Counted from the first letter of the stretch, positions 37,350-44,725 are shown. The stretch: DNA of 58,336 nt from Patescibacteria group bacterium (GCA_041667185.1 JBAYFM010000010.1:1-58336); one strand, 5' to 3'. A program made the numbers and translations. Notes: generated from the letters alone by a model not told the origin.

Positions 37350-37838
37350 TCAGATGAACTGCCGGTCGACGATGTTGTCGGGATGTTCGCGATTGAACAG
37401 GGTCTCGCTGTCCTGCAGCAGGCAGACGTCCCGGATGCCGGCGGCCTCCATCAGCTTCCAGCAAGGTTCGCAGCACCACCAGTGGCCCCACAGGTACAGG
37501 TCCGCGCCGCGCGGATCATGTCCGTGGCTGTGCGCGCTCTGGAGAGCTTTCGCTTCGCCATGATTCCGGGGGTGGCAGCCGTCGCACAGCTCGTAGCCTT
37601 CGCCGCTGCGGCACTTCAACTCCACCCGGCGGCAGCCATGGAGATCATGGTAATCGCTGCCGTTGGCGCCGATGCCGATGATCCGGCTGCCTTTGACGAG
37701 AACCGCGGCGTTCGGCATGACCCGGTCCAGCGAATGCCGCTGGGCGTACACTTTGGCCAGGGCCATGAACAACCGATCCGGACCGACGTAGCAGATGGAG
37801 CGGCCTTCGGGCAGATAAGGATAAATGATTCCCGGCAT
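37350..37838 (-). CDS. CMP/dCMP-deaminase-fold zinc protein
   Basis: HGEAKAL (H-x-E) and CCEPCWKLM (C-x-x-C) zinc-ligand motifs. An AGGAG lies 8 nt upstream of the ATG. Confidence 0.7.
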   Translation of the reverse strand: MPGIIYPYLPEGRSICYVGPDRLFMALAKVYAQRHSLDRVMPNAAVLVKGSRIIGIGANGSDYHDLHGCRRVELKCRSGEGYELCDGCHPRNHGEAKALQSAHSHGHDPRGADLYLWGHWWCCEPCWKLMEAAGIRDVCLLQDSETLFNREHPDNIVDRQFI

Positions 37839-37874
37839 GCGGAACTCCTGGTTTGGAGGAAAAGAACCGCGGTG

Positions 37875-37903
37875 ATCTAAACACGCCGCTCTCGCCGCGT
37901 CAA
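37875..37903 (-). promoter_or_regulatory. promoter of the deaminase gene
   Basis: Minus strand reads TTGACG cggcgagagcggcgtgt TTAGAT (17-nt spacer). Confidence 0.5.
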
Positions 37904-37916
37904 TCGCGCGCGGGCT

Positions 37917-37948
37917 AAAAAAATGACGCCTCTGCCGAGAGAGGCGTC
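37917..37948 (-). terminator. intrinsic terminator after paralog 1
   Basis: Minus strand reads GACGCCTCT ctcggc AGAGGCGTC ATTTTTTT. Confidence 0.85.
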
Positions 37949-37969
37949 GTGAGCGATCCGTGAGCCGGA

Positions 37970-38518
37970 TCAGGGCTCAAGGCGCGTGGCCAGGAAGCGA
38001 TGGTAAGACGACCAACCGCTCGCAAAACCCTTGGACCGCGCCAGAATGAAGTACAGGTCGTACGTCCGCCGATAGGGCCGATCCCAGAGGCTGAGATTGA
38101 AGACCAGATCCTGGTCGCGATAAGTCGCGCCCAGAGCGGTGATGTCGCATTGCCGCCGGAGACGATGCGGATGCTGGGCCAAAAAGGACAGGAACTCGTG
38201 GGCGTCGGCCGGCCGGTAACCGCGCTGGGCCAAATCGGCCAGAGCCTGGTCGGTTTCCGGGAACCAGAGGGAGCCATCAAGTCCCAGGATTTCGAAGTCG
38301 CGGACGTAAGGCGTGACGTGGCAGACCGGATAGATCTCGGACCACGGCCGTGCGAACGGCTCATGGCTGTAAATCTTGATCCCGTCAAAACCGGCTTGAC
38401 GGACGAGATCGTCGATGGGCACGTTCGGATCGACGTAGACGCGGAAAGATTCCGGGCCCGTCAATTTCCAACGCCGCCGCGCTTCCCAATTCGGGAACAA
38501 CTTCGGGAAAAGATCCAT
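37970..38518 (-). CDS. hypothetical protein, tandem paralog 1
   Basis: 182 aa from MDLFPKLFP..., with AAGGAG 6 nt upstream of the ATG at 38518. It shares YRPADA.EFLSFLAQ.PHR.RRQ.DI..LGA.Y and HRFLATRL.P with paralog 2. Confidence 0.75.
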   Translation of the reverse strand: MDLFPKLFPNWEARRRWKLTGPESFRVYVDPNVPIDDLVRQAGFDGIKIYSHEPFARPWSEIYPVCHVTPYVRDFEILGLDGSLWFPETDQALADLAQRGYRPADAHEFLSFLAQHPHRLRRQCDITALGATYRDQDLVFNLSLWDRPYRRTYDLYFILARSKGFASGWSSYHRFLATRLEP

Positions 38519-38560
38519 GACCGTCTCCTTTGACGCTGCGGCCGCCATGGCCGTGACCGA

Positions 38561-38589
38561 AACTTAATCCGCCGAGACGCGAGTGTCAA
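38561..38589 (-). promoter_or_regulatory. promoter of paralog 1
   Basis: Minus strand reads TTGACA ctcgcgtctcggcggat TAAGTT (17-nt spacer). Confidence 0.55.
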
Positions 38590-38625
38590 GACGGAGCGAG
38601 GCGGATCGCGACGGCCTGACGGAAC

Positions 38626-38653
38626 AAAAAAAACGCCCCGTTGAGAGGGGCGT
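38626..38653 (-). terminator. intrinsic terminator after paralog 2
   Basis: Minus strand reads ACGCCCC tctcaac GGGGCGT TTTTTTTT. Confidence 0.85.
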
Positions 38654-38675
38654 AGCGAGCGACCCGTAAGCCGGA

Positions 38676-39227
38676 TCAAGGATCAAGGCGCGTGGCGAGG
38701 AAACGGTGGTGGCTCAACCAATAACTGCGCAGGCTGCGACTCCTCAGAAGCAGATAGACGAGCCGGTACTCGCGTTCGTTCGGCCGATCAAAGACCTCAA
38801 GGACGTAAACTCGATCTTCTTCCTGGTACACGGCACCCAAGGGGATGATGTCGTGCTGACGCCGCTGCCGATGCGGATACTGGGCCAAAAAGGACAGGAA
38901 CTCGCGAGCGTCAGCCGGCCGATAACCGCGTGCGGCGAGGACGGCCAAGGCTTCGTCTAAGTCGAGTCTTTGATGATCCCCACAGAGCTGCAGGAGTTCG
39001 AAGCGGCGGACGTAAGGCTTGCCGCCTTTGGCCGGATAGATCTCGGGCCACGGACGTTTGAGGCTGTCGAATCCAGTGAGACCGCTCACGCGATCAAATC
39101 CGGCCCAATGGACCAGTTCTTTGAAAGACATCCGCGGGTCGACACAGACGTCGAAATGATCCGGAAGAGGCAGCTTCCAACGCCGCAACGACTCAAGCTC
39201 GGGGAATAGCTTTGGGAAAAGATCCAT
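38676..39227 (-). CDS. hypothetical protein, tandem paralog 2
   Basis: 183 aa from MDLFPKLFP..., with the same AAGGAGACGGTC-ATG start context as paralog 1. Roughly half of the residues are identical by eye alignment. Confidence 0.75.
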   Translation of the reverse strand: MDLFPKLFPELESLRRWKLPLPDHFDVCVDPRMSFKELVHWAGFDRVSGLTGFDSLKRPWPEIYPAKGGKPYVRRFELLQLCGDHQRLDLDEALAVLAARGYRPADAREFLSFLAQYPHRQRRQHDIIPLGAVYQEEDRVYVLEVFDRPNEREYRLVYLLLRSRSLRSYWLSHHRFLATRLDP

Positions 39228-39269
39228 GACCGTCTCCTTTGACGCTGCGGCCACTATGGCCGTGGCTGC

Positions 39270-39298
39270 AACTTAATCCGCACGTAGGCAAGAGTCAA
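39270..39298 (-). promoter_or_regulatory. promoter of paralog 2
   Basis: Minus strand reads TTGACT cttgcctacgtgcggat TAAGTT (17-nt spacer). Confidence 0.55.
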
Positions 39299-39371
39299 GT
39301 TGGTTCGAAGCGGATCTTCAACGCTCTGAATATCCCGAGCTGACGCTCGGGATCGAACTGAAATGGCGAAC

Positions 39372-39397
39372 AAAAACCGCCGAGCTGGGCTCGGCGG
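39372..39397 (-). terminator. intrinsic terminator after the PRC-barrel gene
   Basis: Minus strand reads CCGCCGAGC cca GCTCGGCGG TTTTTG. Confidence 0.8.
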
Positions 39398-39415
39398 CTG
39401 TCGGCTGATAATTGT

Positions 39416-39727
39416 CTACGACCTGACCGATTGACTCGCGCTCGGCACGGCCGCTTCGGCACCGCGCAAGGCCACAGCTTCGGCCGCCTCGACGGCAATG
39501 AACTCGTCCTTGACCACCATCTTCTCATCGTCGAGCGAAATGACCTGGGTGGGATGGACCAGCAGTTCCTGCGGCAGCAGCGCCGAGAGCGAACGTGACT
39601 TGGCGACGACGTACTGCGCCACAGTGTGGCTCTCCGAATCAATGACCAGCGCTTTCAGTTTGCCGATCCGGCTCCCGTCCCGGGAAAAGACCGGCAGGCC
39701 GCGCAGCTCGTTATCACGGAGTCTCAT
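39416..39727 (-). CDS. PRC-barrel domain protein
   Basis: LRGLPVFSRDGSRIGKLKALVIDSESHTVAQYVV... is the typical PRC-barrel N-terminal pattern; 103 aa. Confidence 0.65.
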   Translation of the reverse strand: MRLRDNELRGLPVFSRDGSRIGKLKALVIDSESHTVAQYVVAKSRSLSALLPQELLVHPTQVISLDDEKMVVKDEFIAVEAAEAVALRGAEAAVPSASQSVRS

Positions 39728-39740
39728 AAGCGTTTCAGGG

Positions 39741-40475
39741 TCAGATCTTTTCCGCGACCGCGGCCGGCGGCTTGGGCCGCAGGGCGTAGTATTGCTGAAC
39801 GATGGTGAGCGCGGTCATGACGAACCAGTACAATGAGAGGCCGCCCGGAAGTTTCCAGCTGATGAAGACCGTGAGCAGCGGCATCATGTACAGCATCTGT
39901 TTGTTCATCATGGAGAGCATCTCCTCGTCCTTGGCGCCCGGAACGCTCTTCGGCGGCTGCTTGGTGATCATCATCTTCGCCTGAAAGTAGGTGGCGATGC
40001 CGGCCGCCACGGCGAGATACGGATTCGCGACGGAAAGATCCACCACGCCGAAGATGAACGGCTCGATCTTGCCGGGATTCGCGACGAAACCGTACAAGGC
40101 TTCGAAACCGCTGGACTGCAGGCCGCGGCCCAGCGACTGGTACAAGGCGATGAAGACCGGCAGCTGCACCAGGGTCGGCAAGCAGGACGACATCGGATTG
40201 ACCTTCTCCTTGGAATACAGCGCCATGAGCTCCTTGGCGAGCTTGTCCTTGTCGTTGGCGTATTCCTTCTTCAGAGCCTCCATCTTCGGCTGGATGTTAT
40301 TCAGCGCTTTCTGCGAACGCAGCGCTTTCTGGGACAGCGGCCACAACGCAGCTTTGATGACGATCGTGAGCAGGATGATGGCGATGCCGATGTCAGAACC
40401 GGGGATGATGTCGTACAGGAAGATCAGCAGGTTGAAGATCGGCCGATAGAAGACTTCGTGGAAAATTTCACTCAT
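39741..40475 (-). CDS. yidC: membrane protein insertase YidC (short, Oxa1-type)
   Basis: IAIILLTIVIKAALWPLSQKALRSQKALNNIQPKMEALKKEY......LAKELMALYSKEKVNPMSSCLPTLVQLPVFIALYQ. Confidence 0.9.
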   Translation of the reverse strand: MSEIFHEVFYRPIFNLLIFLYDIIPGSDIGIAIILLTIVIKAALWPLSQKALRSQKALNNIQPKMEALKKEYANDKDKLAKELMALYSKEKVNPMSSCLPTLVQLPVFIALYQSLGRGLQSSGFEALYGFVANPGKIEPFIFGVVDLSVANPYLAVAAGIATYFQAKMMITKQPPKSVPGAKDEEMLSMMNKQMLYMMPLLTVFISWKLPGGLSLYWFVMTALTIVQQYYALRPKPPAAVAEKI

Positions 40476-40538
40476 AGTTCGGCGGTCAGGGTCGGCCGGC
40501 GGCGCCGGCGAACCGCGAAACCGCGGTCAATCCGTGGG

Positions 40539-41819
40539 TTAGGCCGCCTCCTCGGCCGCTTCGGAATCGTCAGCGGTCTTTTCAGCCTCGACTGCTGGTT
40601 CGGCGGCTTCGGTCTCGGCCGCTGGTGCCTCGGTCGCGATGACCTGCCCCTCGACCTCGGCCAGCGAACGGATGTTGATCTTCCAACCGGTCAGTTTCGA
40701 AGCCAGACGCACGTTCTGGCCGCCCTTGCCGATGGCGAGCGAGAGCTGGTCGTCGTTCACGATGACGTCGGCCGCGCGGAAATCCTCGTCGAGCGCGATC
40801 TCCACGACCTTGGCCGGCGACAGGGCGTTGGTGATGAACTTCACCGCGTCCTCGTCATACTGGATGATGTCGATCTTCTCGCCGCCCAGCTCGCCGATGA
40901 TGGTCTGGATGCGCGTGCCGCGCTGGCCGATGCAGGAGCCGATCGGATCGACGTTATCCTGCGTCGAAGAGACGGCGACCTTCGAGCGGGAGCCGGCCTC
41001 GCGGGCGATGTCTTTGATCTCGACCACGCCGGCCGCGACCTCGGGGATCTCGACCGTGAAGAGTTTGCGGATGATCTCCGGATGGGCGCGGGACACGACG
41101 ACCTCGGGGCCGCGGGAAGTCAGGCGAACGTCGGTGATGAGCACTTTGATGCGATCGCCGGGAGCGTAGCGCTCGGTCGGGATCTGTTCCTCGGGCGGCA
41201 TGACGGCCGTCGAGCGGCCGATGTCGATGAACACGATCCGGCCCTCGCGGCGCTGGACCGAAGCGGTGATGAGTTCGTTCTGCTTGTCCTTGAATTCGTT
41301 AAATAGCTTGGAGCGCTCGGCCTCGCGGAGCTTCTGGGTGATGACCTGCTTGGCGGTCTGCGCGGCCATGCGGCCGAACGCGGCCGGCACGTCGAGCTGG
41401 GTGCGGATCTCCTCGCCGATCTCCGCGCCTTTCTTCAGGGTCTTGCGGGCCTCGGTGATCATGATCTCAGTCTTCGGGTTGAAACGCTTGACCTCTTCCT
41501 CGCTGGACGCGAGTTCGGTTCCCGGCGCGGCCGACTCGACCGGAGCGGCAGCGCCAGGACGCCGCTTCTCCCTCGCGGGCTCTTCCTCGGCCTCGGTCTC
41601 TTCGGGCAATTCCTGATCCTCGACCACGGTCTTGACGTCGAACACGTCAAAACTGCCGGACTCAGGATCGAACTTGACCTTGAGGTTCTGGTCCTTCTCG
41701 CCGAAATCTTTGCGGTACGCGGCGGCCAAAGCGGCCTCGATGGTCTCGATGACCGAATCCGCGGAAATATTCTTCTCGTCGCTGATCTGCTTGATGGCCT
41801 GCATTATCGGTGACGGCAT
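40539..41819 (-). CDS. nusA: transcription termination/antitermination factor NusA
   Basis: N-terminal IKQISDEKNISADSVIETIEAALAAAYRK, an S1 region (GRIVFIDIGRSTAVMPPEEQIP.E.Y..GDRIKV), KH motifs (IGQRGTRIQ, IGKGGQNVRLASKLTGWKI) and an acidic tail. Confidence 0.93.
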   Translation of the reverse strand: MPSPIMQAIKQISDEKNISADSVIETIEAALAAAYRKDFGEKDQNLKVKFDPESGSFDVFDVKTVVEDQELPEETEAEEEPAREKRRPGAAAPVESAAPGTELASSEEEVKRFNPKTEIMITEARKTLKKGAEIGEEIRTQLDVPAAFGRMAAQTAKQVITQKLREAERSKLFNEFKDKQNELITASVQRREGRIVFIDIGRSTAVMPPEEQIPTERYAPGDRIKVLITDVRLTSRGPEVVVSRAHPEIIRKLFTVEIPEVAAGVVEIKDIAREAGSRSKVAVSSTQDNVDPIGSCIGQRGTRIQTIIGELGGEKIDIIQYDEDAVKFITNALSPAKVVEIALDEDFRAADVIVNDDQLSLAIGKGGQNVRLASKLTGWKINIRSLAEVEGQVIATEAPAAETEAAEPAVEAEKTADDSEAAEEAA

Positions 41820-41900
41820 AGTGCTGGTGGCGGCGCGTCCGACTACTGTCGTCCGGGCCGGTATGAATATTTTAGCTCAACTGAGCTGATTTTTTACTTA

Positions 41901-41934
41901 TATAAAATGACTAGTTCTAGGATTAGAACTAGTC
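41901..41934 (-). promoter_or_regulatory. perfect 11-bp hairpin plus U-rich run in the nusA leader (attenuator candidate)
   Basis: Minus strand reads GACTAGTTCTA atcc TAGAACTAGTC ATTTTATA. It lies between the predicted promoter (41943-41971) and the nusA ATG (41819). Confidence 0.5.
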
Positions 41935-41942
41935 TTATGGGG

Positions 41943-41971
41943 AGAATACATGATTTGAGCCGGTTTGGCAA
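41943..41971 (-). promoter_or_regulatory. nusA promoter
   Basis: Minus strand reads TTGCCA aaccggctcaaatcatg TATTCT (17-nt spacer). Confidence 0.5.
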
Positions 41972-41992
41972 GGCTGAGAGTGACAAAGTCAT

Positions 41993-42090
41993 GGGGAGAC
42001 GGAGATGCGAAGATACGGAGTGCGGGAGAGACGAAGAGACGGAGTCAGGGAGTTTAAGAGTGCAGGAGTGCTGAAGTGCTGGAGAGACGG
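41993..42090. repeat. octamer-phased GGAG-type array, locus 3
   Basis: ggggagacggagatgcgaagatacggagtgcgggagagacgaagagacggagtcagggagtttaagagtgcaggagtgctgaagtgctggagagacgg. Confidence 0.85.
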
Positions 42091-42092
42091 AC

Positions 42093-42123
42093 AATAAAAA
42101 TGCGGCCCGGGATCCCGGGCCGC
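42093..42123 (-). terminator. intrinsic terminator after methyltransferase 42148..42738
   Basis: Perfect 22-nt palindrome GCGGCCCGGGATCCCGGGCCGC, followed on the minus strand by ATTTTTATT. Confidence 0.85.
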
Positions 42124-42147
42124 GCGACGATCAAGATGGCTCCGGTC

Positions 42148-42738
42148 TCAAATGCGCCGGAAGATCTTCCAGACCTCGACCACGTCAGGGCCGAACATCA
42201 GCGACGGCGTGTGCATTTCCAGGCGGCTTTCTTCGATGCCGGCCAGAGGATGTTCGCCGAGCCGATCAATGGTCTGATAGCTCACGATATTGCCCGCCTC
42301 GTCGACGGTCTCCTGATCGCGCCGCGATTCGTAGTAGAATCCGCCGACGAGACCGCAGGTCAGTTCCGGAAAATTCCGGAACAGCTCGCCGTAGATCCGG
42401 TAGCGTTCGACGACCGGCAGGCAAGCCTCGATGGAGAACAGGCTGACGAAAGCCTGGGGCGGGAACGGCAGCTGCGACCGCAAGAAAGCGGGGTCGGCGT
42501 AGTCGCCGCTGATGACGCGCCCGGGATGCCCGGGGTCGTGGCGGTCCACGCCGACGTATTCGCGAAAGGCTCCGTGCCGGAAATATTCGCCGAGCCCGCA
42601 GCCGAGATCAACGACAGCGGCCTGCTTCGCGTTGCAACGGCCGTCGAAGATCCGGAAAACCCAGCCATGATTCTCGCGGACGGTCGGCTCGGCCAGATAT
42701 TGCGCGTAAGCCTCGAAAAACTTCTGATCGTAAGCCAT
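42148..42738 (-). CDS. class I SAM-dependent methyltransferase
   Basis: Motif I is AAVVDLGCGLGEYF; 196 aa. Confidence 0.7.
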   Translation of the reverse strand: MAYDQKFFEAYAQYLAEPTVRENHGWVFRIFDGRCNAKQAAVVDLGCGLGEYFRHGAFREYVGVDRHDPGHPGRVISGDYADPAFLRSQLPFPPQAFVSLFSIEACLPVVERYRIYGELFRNFPELTCGLVGGFYYESRRDQETVDEAGNIVSYQTIDRLGEHPLAGIEESRLEMHTPSLMFGPDVVEVWKIFRRI

Positions 42739-42779
42739 GCTCGCCTCCGAAGCGGTTTGAGAAAAGAACAGCTGGCGAC

Positions 42780-42808
42780 AACTTATCCATTCCGGGATCG
42801 GGTGTCAA
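42780..42808 (-). promoter_or_regulatory. promoter of methyltransferase 42148..42738
   Basis: Minus strand reads TTGACA cccgatcccggaatgga TAAGTT (17-nt spacer). Confidence 0.55.
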
Positions 42809-42820
42809 TCAGTGGGTGGA

Positions 42821-42976
42821 GAGAGTGCAGGAGTGCAGGAGTGCGGGAGAGACGGAGATGCGGAGAGACGGAGTCAGGAAGAGACGGAGTCAGGGAGTGA
42901 TGAAGCACTCCAGCACTCCAGCACTCCAGCACTCCTGCACTCCCGCACTCCCGCACTCCTGCACTCCTGCACTCTC
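42821..42976. repeat. octamer-phased palindromic element, locus 4 (archetype): 156 nt in strict 8-nt register with 29-bp perfect terminal inverted repeats
   Basis: gagagtgc aggagtgc aggagtgc gggagaga cggagatg cggagaga cggagtca ggaagaga cggagtca gggagtga tgaagcac tccagcac tccagcac tccagcac tcctgcac tcccgcac tcccgcac tcctgcac tcctgcac tctc. The first 29 nt are the exact reverse complement of the last 29 nt. Confidence 0.95.
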
Positions 42977-43007
42977 AATAAAAAGAGACGAAGCGATGCT
43001 TCGTCTC
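42977..43007 (-). terminator. intrinsic terminator after gene 43020..43619
   Basis: Minus strand reads GAGACGAAGC atc GCTTCGTCTC TTTTTATT. Confidence 0.85.
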
Positions 43008-43019
43008 GCGGAGATACCG

Positions 43020-43619
43020 TTATTTCCGAGGCTGATCCTGGCCAGCAGCCTGGCGCGTCTGGTACAGCGGTGCGAAGAACCGGATCTGACGCTCTAAATG
43101 GTTGACTGCCATGACCGGATGCGAGCGGAGCAGTTCGCGCTCCTCTTTCAGGAAAACTGCCGCTTCTTCCGGGGTCACGAGGCCGCCGGTCGCTTCTCGG
43201 CTGAGCCAGAGCGCGAGGATCACGATATCCTCATCCTCGAGGCCGGCGATATGCCTGGCCAGATGGCCGCGCAGAACTTCGAGATCATCGAGCGTCTGAC
43301 TGAGCTCGTGCTGCAGCCGGCGATCCGCGGCGGAGTTTCTGTCGACCAGGTTCTCAAGCTGCTCCCGCAACCGGTTCTTGCGGCCGCGGCAGGCGTAGAA
43401 CGCCATGGCGACCATCTGATAGACCGCGATACACTCCTGCTCGCGCCGGAAGACAGGATCGCGCTGCATACGCCACCACCGGGGCAGCGACCGGAACCAG
43501 GCCGCGAGGCCCTTGAAGGCCGCGACGTTATTCTTCCAGCACAGCATCGTGATCACGATGAACGCCGCGACCGACAAAAAAATGACCCGACCCAGATCGA
43601 ACATGGTCTGTCCGTCCAT
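43020..43619 (-). CDS. hypothetical membrane protein
   Basis: I trimmed the start to the ATG at 43619 (MDGQTMFDLGRVIFLSVAAFIVITMLCW), which is preceded by AAGGAGAACATC. Confidence 0.65.
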   Translation of the reverse strand: MDGQTMFDLGRVIFLSVAAFIVITMLCWKNNVAAFKGLAAWFRSLPRWWRMQRDPVFRREQECIAVYQMVAMAFYACRGRKNRLREQLENLVDRNSAADRRLQHELSQTLDDLEVLRGHLARHIAGLEDEDIVILALWLSREATGGLVTPEEAAVFLKEERELLRSHPVMAVNHLERQIRFFAPLYQTRQAAGQDQPRK

Positions 43620-43693
43620 GATGTTCTCCTTGGAAAAAGGCTGATCGCCTTGGCAAAGAACTGGCCAGACCTTAGCAACCGACTGTGGCCGCG

Positions 43694-44125
43694 TCAATCC
43701 GCCTCTTCGACGGCGCGGCGAATGTGCCGCAGAGCCGCCCTGCCGCCGCGGACCGGCGGACCGATCGCGATGATGTCAATGCGAAAACCGGCGCGACTCA
43801 ATCCGCGAGACCGCAAATAACCGTGAGCCGCCCGCCGCAACCGCTCCCGCTTGCCGGCCGTGACCGCCTCCTCGGGATATCCGAACTCGCGACCACGTCT
43901 GGTCTTGACCTCGACAAAAACGACCTCGCTGCCTTCCATGGCCACGAGGTCGAGTTCTTCTGAATTCATGCCGCCGCCGCGCCAGTTGCGAGCCAGGATG
44001 CGGTAACCGGACGCTTCCAGATAATCAGCAGCCAAAGCCTCGCCGTTCCAACCGAGAGCCGAGCGGGCGCTCGCGGGATCAGCGATTCGCTCCGGGAAGA
44101 TATTTAGCCAGGCGTTTCTTTTCAT
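43694..44125 (-). CDS. yraN: YraN family (UPF0102) endonuclease-like protein
   Basis: GEALAADYLEASGYRILARNWR....ELDLVAMEGSEVVFVEVKTR is the family signature. Confidence 0.8.
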   Translation of the reverse strand: MKRNAWLNIFPERIADPASARSALGWNGEALAADYLEASGYRILARNWRGGGMNSEELDLVAMEGSEVVFVEVKTRRGREFGYPEEAVTAGKRERLRRAAHGYLRSRGLSRAGFRIDIIAIGPPVRGGRAALRHIRRAVEEAD

Positions 44126-44507
44126 CGAGTTCGGTCCGCAGGCGGGGATAATCGCGGGCGACGTAGATGACGACCCGGACGAGCCAGACCAACAGGACCG
44201 TGAAAGTGAGCAGGAACCAGAACCGCATGCCGAACAGCGGCACCTGCTCGTAGGCGCAGAACAGCGACGCGAGCCCCAGGAAGCCGGTCCAGAACAGCAG
44301 GCTGGCGAACCGGTTAAAAACGCCGGCTTTAAGCGCGTGGTCGCGCTTCAGACTCCGGGCGATGATCGCCAAAATAGCCGCAACCACCAGGAACCAGAGG
44401 AAAAATATCAAAATACCGCCGACCAGCGACGGACCCAGCGGGACCGGGTTGGGATTCAGCCAATAGCGATAATCGAGGAACGGAGCGAAACCCTTGATGA
44501 AGTTCAT
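44079..44507 (-). CDS. hypothetical membrane protein
   Basis: I prefer the ATG at 44507 (MNFIKGFAPF...). The track start, TTG at 44561, lies upstream of the predicted -10. There are three to four hydrophobic segments. Confidence 0.6.
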   Translation of the reverse strand: MNFIKGFAPFLDYRYWLNPNPVPLGPSLVGGILIFFLWFLVVAAILAIIARSLKRDHALKAGVFNRFASLLFWTGFLGLASLFCAYEQVPLFGMRFWFLLTFTVLLVWLVRVVIYVARDYPRLRTELDEKKRLAKYLPGANR

Positions 44508-44533
44508 AGGCTTATGATGAGCGACGAGTTGGC

Positions 44534-44561
44534 ATTCTAACAGGCGACCAAAAAAAAGCAA
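44534..44561 (-). promoter_or_regulatory. promoter of gene 44079..44507
   Basis: Minus strand reads TTGCTT ttttttggtcgcctgt TAGAAT (16-nt spacer). Confidence 0.5.
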
Positions 44562-44570
44562 GTGAGCGGC

Positions 44571-44722
44571 GGAGTTGGGGAGGATGGGAGAGACGGAGAG
44601 ACGGAGTCAGGAAGAGACGGAGTCAGGGAGTGATGAAGCACTCCAGCACTCCAGCACTCCAGCACTCCAGCACTCCGCCACGTCGTTTGCGAACGACGTG
44701 GCTCCAGCACTTCCCTACTCCC
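44571..44722. repeat. octamer-phased array, locus 5, with (GCACTCCA)4 and the 24-nt palindrome
   Basis: It shares the 43-nt block ggagagacggagtcaggaagagacggagtcagggagtgatgaa with locus 4. That is followed by four full GCACTCCA units, then CCACGTCGTTTGCGAACGACGTGG (44678-44701). Confidence 0.9.
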
Positions 44723-44725
44723 AAC

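Noticed and set aside
36253-37491. Long N-terminal extensions of several track ORFs (36253..37491, 56216..57568, 29238..29987, 43020..43697, 52063..53262, 53543..54394, 57706..58146, 37970..38548, 38676..39254)
   Set aside because: The extensions overlap upstream genes, terminators or repeat arrays. Internal ATG codons with GGAG-type SD sequences, or ATGA coupling, give sensible gene boundaries.
42816-43097. ORFs translated through octamer arrays (e.g. 42816..43097, 42812..43105, 44575..44760, 44630..45355, 6230..6526, 57575..57871) giving TPALQHS-type repeats
   Set aside because: An 8-nt period is incompatible with a conserved reading frame. The ORFs cross intrinsic terminators and promoters, and there are no RBS signals.
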